From: an uncultured Desulfatibacillum sp.
GTDB taxonomy: Bacteria > Desulfobacterota > Desulfobacteria > Desulfobacterales > SpSt-501
Direction of reading: 5' to 3'
Assembly: GCA_964427375.1 (NCBI GenBank)
Contig: CAYRUF010000004.1
Coordinates: 8,690-72,689 of the forward strand
Length of the DNA: 64,000 nt
Positions 28,743 through 36,069 of the stretch are shown in pieces. The notes under the pieces were generated by a model, which saw only the letters and a list, made by a program, of their open reading frames with translations, made no database searches and was not told the DNA's origin. The position numbers and the translations under genes are program-made. Within the stretch, counting starts at the first letter, position 1. Each line of letters starts with the position of its first letter.

Positions 28743-30601
28743 CTCGCTTCAAAGTTGGAGATGCCCACCCCGTTATCGCCGGACCCGACTCCGTGATAGG
28801 TTAGAAAGGCGGCGGCGCCGTCGATGCCCATATAGCGCCGGAGCGTCTTACGGTCGGTTTGGGTCAAATCCACGACGATCAGTCCATCCATCACGCGGCC
28901 GAAGCTCCGGTCGATGTTGAACGCCAGCAGCTGCCCGCCCAAATTCAGGTAATGCCGCAGCAAAACCGGAACGTCGCGCTGTTTAAATTCGACATCGGCA
29001 ATGACCGAGCACACTTCCTTGAAATCCTGGAAGCCGGAAGGGGGCGGGTGGTAGCCGCAGCCCGGCACCCGGATCGACCGAAGATTCGCCGGATGCCTGG
29101 GCCGAACCATCACGGCGAGGTCCTTGGCCTGGCTGTGCTGCAACAGCGTCGTGGCGATCAAATTGCGGGAAAGATCGCTGTAGTCACGGCTGATGCTGAC
29201 CGGCCCGAATAGCATGCGGTAGCGGGGATGTCGGGCGATGAAGGCGCCGATCCCTTTCCAGAGCAGCAGAAGGGGCGAATAGGATCGCTGGTGTTCGGGG
29301 CGCACGAAGGAACGCCCCATTTCGAGGGCCGGGCCGAGCTGGTGGAAAAACTCAATTCGGCTGTCGAATAGCGTGCTCGAGTAAAGCCCGCTGCGGCCGT
29401 AACGTTCCAGGATCCGGTCGGTTGCGCCGATGCGATAGGCGCCGACGATTTCATCCTTTTCCGCATTCCAGATGAAAAGATGCCGATAATGCGCGTCGAA
29501 ACGATCCAAATCCAGCGGTTTGCCGGTTCCCTCGCCGGCAGCGCGGAAGGAGAACTCCCGCAGGCGCCCGATCTCCTGCAGGACGAGCGGGATTTGCTCG
29601 GCGCTCGCCTGCCATACCGACTGGGCGCCGCTGTGAGCGAGGCATTGGTCGGCCGGCAGCCGCTCGATCTCCCGGCGGCAGGTCGCCGCGTCCTGGGCGG
29701 CAGCCAGGGGGCGCGGCTTCCGTAGGGCGGAGATGACCGCCGGCTGGAACCCTCGTTTCCCGCGCCGGGCCGGGTGGCCGAGGAGGTAGGTTCGCCAGCG
29801 CAGGTACGCCATCAACTCCGCATCGCTGGCATACCGCTGCAACCACCGAAACGGGATCAGCCGGCCGATGTCGACCTTCACCGTGCGTCCGCGCATGCTC
29901 ATGAGCTGCCGCGCCAGCAGCACCGTCCGCAGCCGGGGATGAATGAGCCCGGCCGCCTGAAACCCGGGGCCGTTGTGCCCCCGGAAAAAGACCGGCAGGA
30001 CCGGCGCGGCGGTGCGGCGGATGAGCCGGCCGATGGTGGGGCTCCAGGCCGGATCGGCCACCTCGATCGGGGACGCTTTTAAATGCGAGACCTCTCCGGC
30101 CGGAAAGACGAGCAGCATGCCGCCGCTTTTAAGCCAGTGCAGGGCCTCGCGCATGGGGCCGATATTGGTGCGAACCGACCCGCTGCGGTTGAACGGATTG
30201 ACCGGAATGGTCAGGGAGCGCAAATGAGGTATCCGATTCAGAAGAAGATTCGCCACGATTTTAACATCCGGGCGGCAGCCCAGGAGGATGTCCGCCATGA
30301 TGACGCCCTCGATGCCGCCGAACGGGTGATTGCCGACAACGACGGCCGGACCCTTCTTCGGGATGTTCTCCAGCTCCGCCGGTGTGACCTGCGGCCGAAC
30401 ATCCAATTGACGAAGGGCTGCTCGCATAAACGCATGCGCATCGCCCTGCGACTGAATCCGATCGTACAGTGCCGCGCACTGCCGCAGGCCGAGCAGATGC
30501 TCCAACGGACCCGCCGCGAATTCGAAGATCCAGCGGTGCTTCTTTGGCACCGTCCTGGGAACGATTGAAAAAATTGGGTCTTCGCCCAGCGCTTCTTCCA
30601 T
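28739..30601 (-). CDS. Bifunctional OlsF-like ornithine-lipid synthase (PlsC-type O-acyltransferase N-domain plus OlsB/GNAT-type N-acyltransferase C-domain)
   Basis: N-domain VVVGNHPFGGIEGVIMADILL...FPAGEVS. C-domain FDAHYRHLFIWNAEKDEIVGAYRIG...LEMGRSFV. The domain order is the same as OlsF. Confidence 0.7.
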   Translation of the reverse strand: MEEALGEDPIFSIVPRTVPKKHRWIFEFAAGPLEHLLGLRQCAALYDRIQSQGDAHAFMRAALRQLDVRPQVTPAELENIPKKGPAVVVGNHPFGGIEGVIMADILLGCRPDVKIVANLLLNRIPHLRSLTIPVNPFNRSGSVRTNIGPMREALHWLKSGGMLLVFPAGEVSHLKASPIEVADPAWSPTIGRLIRRTAAPVLPVFFRGHNGPGFQAAGLIHPRLRTVLLARQLMSMRGRTVKVDIGRLIPFRWLQRYASDAELMAYLRWRTYLLGHPARRGKRGFQPAVISALRKPRPLAAAQDAATCRREIERLPADQCLAHSGAQSVWQASAEQIPLVLQEIGRLREFSFRAAGEGTGKPLDLDRFDAHYRHLFIWNAEKDEIVGAYRIGATDRILERYGRSGLYSSTLFDSRIEFFHQLGPALEMGRSFVRPEHQRSYSPLLLLWKGIGAFIARHPRYRMLFGPVSISRDYSDLSRNLIATTLLQHSQAKDLAVMVRPRHPANLRSIRVPGCGYHPPPSGFQDFKEVCSVIADVEFKQRDVPVLLRHYLNLGGQLLAFNIDRSFGRVMDGLIVVDLTQTDRKTLRRYMGIDGAAAFLTYHGVGSGDNGVGISNFEAS

Positions 30602-30677
30602 AGCCCCTCCCGATTTTCGTGGTCCTGAACAATGATCTTGTCGCTGGTCTAAACGTTCCCATTATCGGGGCTGCGCT

Positions 30678-30693
30678 TTAGGCTGGGATTAGA
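30678..30693 (-). promoter_or_regulatory. Candidate Pho box upstream of the OlsF-like gene
   Basis: TTAGG at 30678 and TTAGA at 30689 (11-bp phasing), 77-92 bp upstream of the ATG at 30601. Confidence 0.45.
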
Positions 30694-30912
30694 GAAACAC
30701 TAAAAATAGGTGAACCCCGGCAATGGTCGAAGAAGGGTGCGGCTGCGGCTTGCGCGAAGCCGACAGGGCAAACGATGCCCTCATCAAAACCTAACCGTAT
30801 TTGAATCAGGAACCGATAGCGTTGGACCCAGTCGATCGGCATCTTTTATGCCGGCATGTTCTTGGGCCGATGAGGCTAAAGACAATTGGGGTCGACGGCT
30901 GTGGGAAGATAG

Positions 30913-31542
30913 ATGGAAATCGCCTTTTGCGTGAAGGGGATCGCCGTTGGATTCGTGCTTTGCGCACCCTTGGGCCCGGTCGGCGTTCTCTGCCTCGAAC
31001 GAACCGTGTCGGCCGGCCGCCTGGCAGGATTTTTTTCGATCCTGGGCGCAGCGGTGGTGGACGGATTTTACGGTTTAGTGGCGGGGTTTGGCATGAACGC
31101 CGTCGGGGCTTTTCTAACTGAGGGCCGATTCTGGCTCCAGCTTTTCGGAGGGGTGGTTCTGGTGGCGGTGGGCGTCCGCCTCTATATGGCCTCGCCTGCA
31201 TCCCGTCCTTCCCGGACCCCGGGCCGAAGCCGGCTGGATGCATTTCTGGCGACAGCTGCTCTGATGCTGTCAAACCCCTTTCCGATCCTGGTCATCAGCG
31301 CCGCCCTGTCGGCTCTCACCGCCGGCAGGCCCGGCAGCACCTTTCCGGATATCCCGCTCTTCGCCTTCGGTTTGTTCCTGGGTTCGCTGCTGTGGTCTCC
31401 GCTCCTGGTCGGCGCATCGGCCTGGATCCGCCGCATGATTCAGCCGGATCACCTGCGGCTGATCCATCGAATCTGCGGCGCCGTCATCGCCGGCTGCGGG
31501 CTGATGCTGGGAGCTGCTTCGCTGGCACCCGGCCCGATGTAA
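30913..31542 (+). CDS. LysE/RhtB-family amino-acid exporter
   Basis: MEIAFCVKGIAVGFVLCAPLGPVGVLCLERT. About 6 TM, 209 aa. Confidence 0.75.
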   Translation: MEIAFCVKGIAVGFVLCAPLGPVGVLCLERTVSAGRLAGFFSILGAAVVDGFYGLVAGFGMNAVGAFLTEGRFWLQLFGGVVLVAVGVRLYMASPASRPSRTPGRSRLDAFLATAALMLSNPFPILVISAALSALTAGRPGSTFPDIPLFAFGLFLGSLLWSPLLVGASAWIRRMIQPDHLRLIHRICGAVIAGCGLMLGAASLAPGPM

Positions 31543-31620
31543 GCCCGATGGACGATCTTTCAAGCGCGTGCTATTTTATCGATGTCGCAAGGCGGATATA
31601 AATCTCAACAAAGGAGGACC

Positions 31621-32775
31621 ATGGCAAAAGGTCGTCCGGCCAAAATTTTAATTCTATCCGCTTCCGTTGGCGGAGGGCATCTGCGGGCGGCTGAAGCCAT
31701 GGAACTGGCGCTGCGGCAAACCGCCCCGGCCGCGGCGATCCGCAACATCGACGTCCTGACCCTGGCGAACAAAGCCTTTCGGCGCATTTACGGCAAGGGC
31801 TATCTCGATGTCGCCAGCCGCGCCCCCCATTTCCTCGGCTATGTCTACGATCGGCTCGACCGCCCCAGGGAGAAGGACGGGGACCTCGAACCCGACCGCT
31901 TTCGGATCGCCCTGGAGAAGTTGAACATGCAGCCTTTTCTCCGGCTGCTCCAGTCGGAGACCTGGGACATGGTGGTGAACACCCATTTTCTGCCGGCGGA
32001 GATCATCGGCTCCCTGCGCTCTTCCGGGCGGATATCCGTGCGCCAGGTTACCGTCACGACCGACTTCATGACGCATCGATTATGGGTGCAGGAGCCCTGC
32101 GAGCACTACTTTGTCGCCACCGCGGAGAGCGGCATCTACCTTAATTCCTATGGCGTTCATCGCGAGCGCATCTCGGTTACGGGCATCCCCATTCATCCGG
32201 TCTTCTGCCGACGCAAAGGCCGAGCAGAATGCATTCAGGCCCAGGGTCTCGGCGGCGAGCGTCCGATCGTCCTGCTGCTTTCCGGGGGCTTCGGCGTCGG
32301 ACCGGTCGAGCAGATCTTTCAGGCGGCCCTGACGATCGAGTCTCCGATCGAAGTGGTCGTGGTATGCGGCCGAAATGAGGAGCTGCGCCAAAAACTTTCG
32401 CAGCAACCCAGCCCCTCGCGCCATCGCGTCGTGGTGTTGGGGTATACCACCGCCATCGACGAACTTATGACAATAGCCGACGTGGTCATCTCCAAGCCGG
32501 GCGGCCTGACCTCGGCAGAGGTCCTAGCTCGCGGCAGCGTGCTGGCCATCGTCAACCCCATTCCCGGCCAGGAGAGCCGTAACTCCGACTATCTTCTGGA
32601 AAACGGCGCCGCCATCAAAATCGGCCCCGTGGCCACCCTGCCTTACAAGATCGAAGCCCTGCTCAACCATCCCAGACGACTGGCGCGCCTGAAAGCCAAT
32701 GCCCGCCGCCTGGGCCGGCCGCGGGCGGCGTTCGCCGCCGCTGAGAAAGTGCTATCGCTGTTATCCCCCGAATGA
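31621..32775 (+). CDS. MGDG-synthase-like / processive diacylglycerol glycosyltransferase (GT28 family)
   Basis: ATG at 31621 follows AAGGAGG. ILILSASVGGGHLRAAEAM is the MGDG_synth N-terminal pattern. C-terminal ISKPGGLTSAEVLARGSVLAIVNPIPGQE. Confidence 0.8.
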   Translation: MAKGRPAKILILSASVGGGHLRAAEAMELALRQTAPAAAIRNIDVLTLANKAFRRIYGKGYLDVASRAPHFLGYVYDRLDRPREKDGDLEPDRFRIALEKLNMQPFLRLLQSETWDMVVNTHFLPAEIIGSLRSSGRISVRQVTVTTDFMTHRLWVQEPCEHYFVATAESGIYLNSYGVHRERISVTGIPIHPVFCRRKGRAECIQAQGLGGERPIVLLLSGGFGVGPVEQIFQAALTIESPIEVVVVCGRNEELRQKLSQQPSPSRHRVVVLGYTTAIDELMTIADVVISKPGGLTSAEVLARGSVLAIVNPIPGQESRNSDYLLENGAAIKIGPVATLPYKIEALLNHPRRLARLKANARRLGRPRAAFAAAEKVLSLLSPE

Positions 32776-32805
32776 CCGATCGGGCGAACGCCGAAATTGG
32801 GCTTC

Positions 32806-33258
32806 CTACGACGTCATTCCGGCTAGGTACAGGGCGATGCCGACGGGCGTGCCGAGCCAGTAGTCCCGCGGTGCGATCCACCACCAGGCATCGCGATGCC
32901 AACGTATGTGCTGCGGCCGGAAGCCCTTGAGCCCGTAGCTCGGGTTGCAGATGAACCACAAAAAGTCTTCCAGCACCCAGAACAGGGCCACAAACGAGAG
33001 GATGCGCAGCTCATTCGGCAGGTTCCACGCGACGAGATTCAAGCCGAACGGGCTGTGGAGCATGAGCAGAATGAAAGCCTGCGTGTAAAGATGGTACCCT
33101 GTCAGGGGCTTCCTGCAGATGGCGCGGGTCCATCGGTTCTCGATTCTCCATGTCGGCAGATTCTGCGCCCAGCCGTGCGGACCCTCGATTTGAATTTCGA
33201 GCAGGGCGAACAGCCAGGCCGCCAGCAGCAGAAATCCGATGAAGACCCCGTGCTCCAC
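32806..33258 (-). CDS. Hypothetical integral membrane protein (Trp-rich)
   Basis: 150-aa ORF with 4 predicted hydrophobic segments. No family recognised. Confidence 0.5.
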   Translation of the reverse strand: MEHGVFIGFLLLAAWLFALLEIQIEGPHGWAQNLPTWRIENRWTRAICRKPLTGYHLYTQAFILLMLHSPFGLNLVAWNLPNELRILSFVALFWVLEDFLWFICNPSYGLKGFRPQHIRWHRDAWWWIAPRDYWLGTPVGIALYLAGMTS

Positions 33259-33306
33259 TTCTCAGCCTCCCTTACGAAATCCGCTCATTCAATAATCGCG
33301 AGGGTC

Positions 33307-33771
33307 CTAGTGCATTTCCCGAGCTGTACCATAATCCCAGACCTGCCGGATGTATTCGGTTTCCATCAAGGGGCTGGACAGCACGAAGTCGGCCGTCGCG
33401 CGGTTGCAGGCGATCGGCACATTGTGGACGACGGCGATCCGCAGGAGCGCTTTTACGTCGACGTCGTGGGGTTGGGGCTCCAACGGATCCCAGAAAAAAA
33501 TGACGAAATCGATCCGCCCCTCGGCGACCCCGGCCCCCACCTGCTGGTCGCCGCCGAGCGGCCCGCTCAGGAACCGGGCCACCTCCAGCCCCAGCTCGCT
33601 CGCCAGCAGCCGGCCGGTGGTGCCGGTGGCGTAAAGCTCGTGGCGGGCCAGGGTGCCGGCATTGTACCGCGCCCACTCAAGCAGATCGAATTTGCGGTTG
33701 TCGTGAGCGATCAAGGCGATCCGCTTACAGACATTCATCCGCAGGGAGGTTTGTTTCAAAATGGGCTTCAT
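33307..33771 (-). CDS. mgsA: Methylglyoxal synthase
   Basis: RIALIAHDNRK...LYATGTTGRLL...GPLGGDQQVGA...FFWDPLEPQPHDVDVKALLR. The start at 33771 follows AAAGGAGA. Confidence 0.9.
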   Translation of the reverse strand: MKPILKQTSLRMNVCKRIALIAHDNRKFDLLEWARYNAGTLARHELYATGTTGRLLASELGLEVARFLSGPLGGDQQVGAGVAEGRIDFVIFFWDPLEPQPHDVDVKALLRIAVVHNVPIACNRATADFVLSSPLMETEYIRQVWDYGTAREMH

Positions 33772-33932
33772 GCGATCTCCTTTCATGAATCATCCACTGA
33801 TAGATCCAGACCATTATGAGACCATTAATAAGGCTCTGATAGGGAAAGGTTAATTTTTGGTGAATAACGAGGTTTTCGTAAAACATGGATCGGCATTTGA
33901 CAGTCTATTTTATTTGCAATACATTGTAAGAC

Positions 33933-34154
33933 ATGAAGACGACGACACTGAGCATCCGATTGGATAAAGACTTGGACAAGCTCTTGTCAAAGGCCGCACG
34001 CCAATCCGGAAAAAACCGCAGCGAGGTGGCCCGAGAAGCGCTTCGACGGCAGTTGCGCATCAGCCAGTTCGAAACCCTGCGCCGCAGGATCATGCCGTTT
34101 GCCGAAGCTCGCGGTTACCTGACCGACGAGGACGTGTTCCGGGACGTTTCATGA
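33933..34154 (+). CDS. Ribbon-helix-helix (CopG-like) antitoxin
   Basis: MKTTTLSIRLDKDLDKLLSKAARQSGKNRSEVAREALRRQL. 4-nt overlap with the PIN gene. Confidence 0.75.
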   Translation: MKTTTLSIRLDKDLDKLLSKAARQSGKNRSEVAREALRRQLRISQFETLRRRIMPFAEARGYLTDEDVFRDVS

Positions 34155-34558
34155 GGGTCATGCTGGACACGAACGTCCTGGCCAGTGCGGTTGCCACGCG
34201 TGGGCTATGTGCCGATGTGCTGCGCACCGTTCTGGCTGAACATGAACTGGTTATCTGCCCGCAGATCATTTCCGAGCTTCAACGGGTTCTGCAAGATAAG
34301 TTCGCTTTGCCCCGGCCGCTGGTCAATGATTTTATTCGATTAGTACGAGAGGACTCCGTTCTGTGCGAACCCGGAGACCTGCCAGCGGTCAAACTCAAGG
34401 ACAAAGATGAACTTGGCATTCTGTCGGCCGCCGTCGGCGGTCAAGCAAATGTGATGGTCACCGGCGATAAGGAGTTGCAGATGGTTGAAACGGCTGCAGA
34501 AATCAAAATCATGTCTCCACGACAATTCTGGCGGGAACTTACGGAAGGGGCGGAGTGA
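34151..34558 (+). CDS. PIN-domain toxin (VapC-like, TIGR00305-like)
   Basis: MRVMLDTNVLASAV... with C-terminal VTGDKEL. 135 aa. Confidence 0.75.
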   Translation: MRVMLDTNVLASAVATRGLCADVLRTVLAEHELVICPQIISELQRVLQDKFALPRPLVNDFIRLVREDSVLCEPGDLPAVKLKDKDELGILSAAVGGQANVMVTGDKELQMVETAAEIKIMSPRQFWRELTEGAE

Positions 34559-34561
34559 GTC

Positions 34562-34800
34562 ATGAAAAAGATGGAAAGAAACGACGAGGCTCCCGTTCTA
34601 GAGATCTTTTCGGATTTAATCTGACCCTGGTGCTACTTCATTACCGTAAAGAACCTTCACGAATTGGAAACATTGGCTGCGGCCGGCGAGTCCGTGGGAT
34701 TGAAGAGAGTTGATCTGGAAGCGGTTCTCCAAAGCAAGGCCTTCAAAGCCGCCGTTGATCAGGACTGGCTGCGGTCCCATCATCTGGGCATCACCGTTTG
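34562..34800 (+). pseudogene. Decayed DsbA/FrnE-like thiol-disulfide oxidoreductase with TGA at the first Cys of the CxxC motif (ancestral U-P-W-C selenoprotein?)
   Basis: MKKMERNDEAPVLEIFSDLI-[TGA 34622-34624]-PWCYF, then a jump to the family C-terminal segment LETLAAAGESVGLKRVDLEAVLQSKAFKAAVDQDWLRSHHLGITV. About 100 aa of the middle is missing, and the 3' end runs out of frame into the next gene. Confidence 0.55.
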
Positions 34801-34845
34801 GAAAAAAACCTTGAAACCTTGCAAATTGAAAGTTATAGTTGCAAT

Positions 34846-36018
34846 ATGCAAGTATTCGTCCAACGCAAACTCCACGCCCGGATCAGGAGGCTGCTGCAGG
34901 ATTTCCCGGCGGTTGCCATCTTGGGCCCGCGGCAATGCGGCAAGACTACGCTGGCGCAGGCGATCGCCAAAGAGACCGGGCCGAGCATCTATGTGGATCT
35001 CGAACGACCGTCGGATGCCCGCAAGCTCAGAGATCCCGAACTCTACTTCCGGCAGCATCAGGATCGCTTGGTCTGCCTCGATGAGATTCAACGGCAGCCC
35101 GATCTCTTCCCGCTGCTCCGGGGAGTAATCGACGAGCACCGGCGCAACGGACGTTTCCTGATTCTCGGCTCGGCATCCCGGGACCTGATCCGCCAAAGCT
35201 CGGAAACCCTCGCCGGCCGGATCGCCTACCTGGAATTGACGCCGTTCCTGTTTTCAGAGGCGGCCGGGCATTCCCCGTCGGATTCTTCGGTGGAGCAGAC
35301 GCTTTGGCTGCGCGGCGGGTTCCCGGGCAGTTATCTCGGCCGCGATACCGCCGCCAGCCTGGAATGGCGTGAGAATTTCATCCGAACTTTTCTCGAGCGG
35401 GACATCCCCCAGCTGGGATTCAATATTCCGGCGCAAACCCTGCGCCGGCTCTGGCGGATGCTGGCCCACTCGCATGGGCAGCAGCTGAACAGCTCACGTC
35501 TAGGCGAGGCGATCGGGGTAAGTCACACCACCATTCGCTCCTACCTGGATCTCTTATCCCAGACCTTCATGATCCGCCTGCTTCAGCCCCAGCATGCCAA
35601 TCTCAAGAAGCGTCTGGTCAAGTCCCCGAAAGTCTACGTTCGAGACAGCGGGATCCTGCACGCCCTGCTTGAGATTGAAAACCGGGATGAGCTCTGGGGG
35701 CACCCGGTTTATGGCGTCTCATGGGAGGGATTTGTGGCCGAGAACATCATCTCCGAACTCGACCGCTGGGCGCCGTCCTTTTTCAGGACCGCAGCCGGGG
35801 CTGAGATCGACCTTATATTGACGAGAGGCAAAAGGCGGATCGCCGTGGAATGCAAAGCGTCCACGGCGCCGGAGGTGGGTAAGGGGTTCTGGGGCGCCCT
35901 GAAAGACCTCGGGATCATGGAAGCCTGGATCATCGCTCCGGTCAAGGAATCCTATCCGATCGAAAAGGGAGTATCCGTGGCGAATCTCGTTGATTTCCTG
36001 GCAAAAATGGAAAGTTAA
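34846..36018 (+). CDS. AAA-type ATPase with DUF4143-like C-terminal domain (COG1373-like)
   Basis: Walker A ILGPRQCGKTTLA and Walker B LVCLDEIQ. 390 aa. Start at MQVFVQRKL. Confidence 0.75.
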   Translation: MQVFVQRKLHARIRRLLQDFPAVAILGPRQCGKTTLAQAIAKETGPSIYVDLERPSDARKLRDPELYFRQHQDRLVCLDEIQRQPDLFPLLRGVIDEHRRNGRFLILGSASRDLIRQSSETLAGRIAYLELTPFLFSEAAGHSPSDSSVEQTLWLRGGFPGSYLGRDTAASLEWRENFIRTFLERDIPQLGFNIPAQTLRRLWRMLAHSHGQQLNSSRLGEAIGVSHTTIRSYLDLLSQTFMIRLLQPQHANLKKRLVKSPKVYVRDSGILHALLEIENRDELWGHPVYGVSWEGFVAENIISELDRWAPSFFRTAAGAEIDLILTRGKRRIAVECKASTAPEVGKGFWGALKDLGIMEAWIIAPVKESYPIEKGVSVANLVDFLAKMES

Positions 36019-36024
36019 ACCGAA

Positions 36025-36049
36025 AGGCAGAATTAATCGCCTTCTGCCT
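36025..36049. terminator. Bidirectional hairpin between convergent genes
   Basis: AGGCAGAA-ttaatcgcc-TTCTGCCT, a perfect 8-bp stem. A T-rich tract follows on the minus-strand side. Confidence 0.5.
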
Positions 36050-36069
36050 CTGACGTTTGAAGCAAAATG

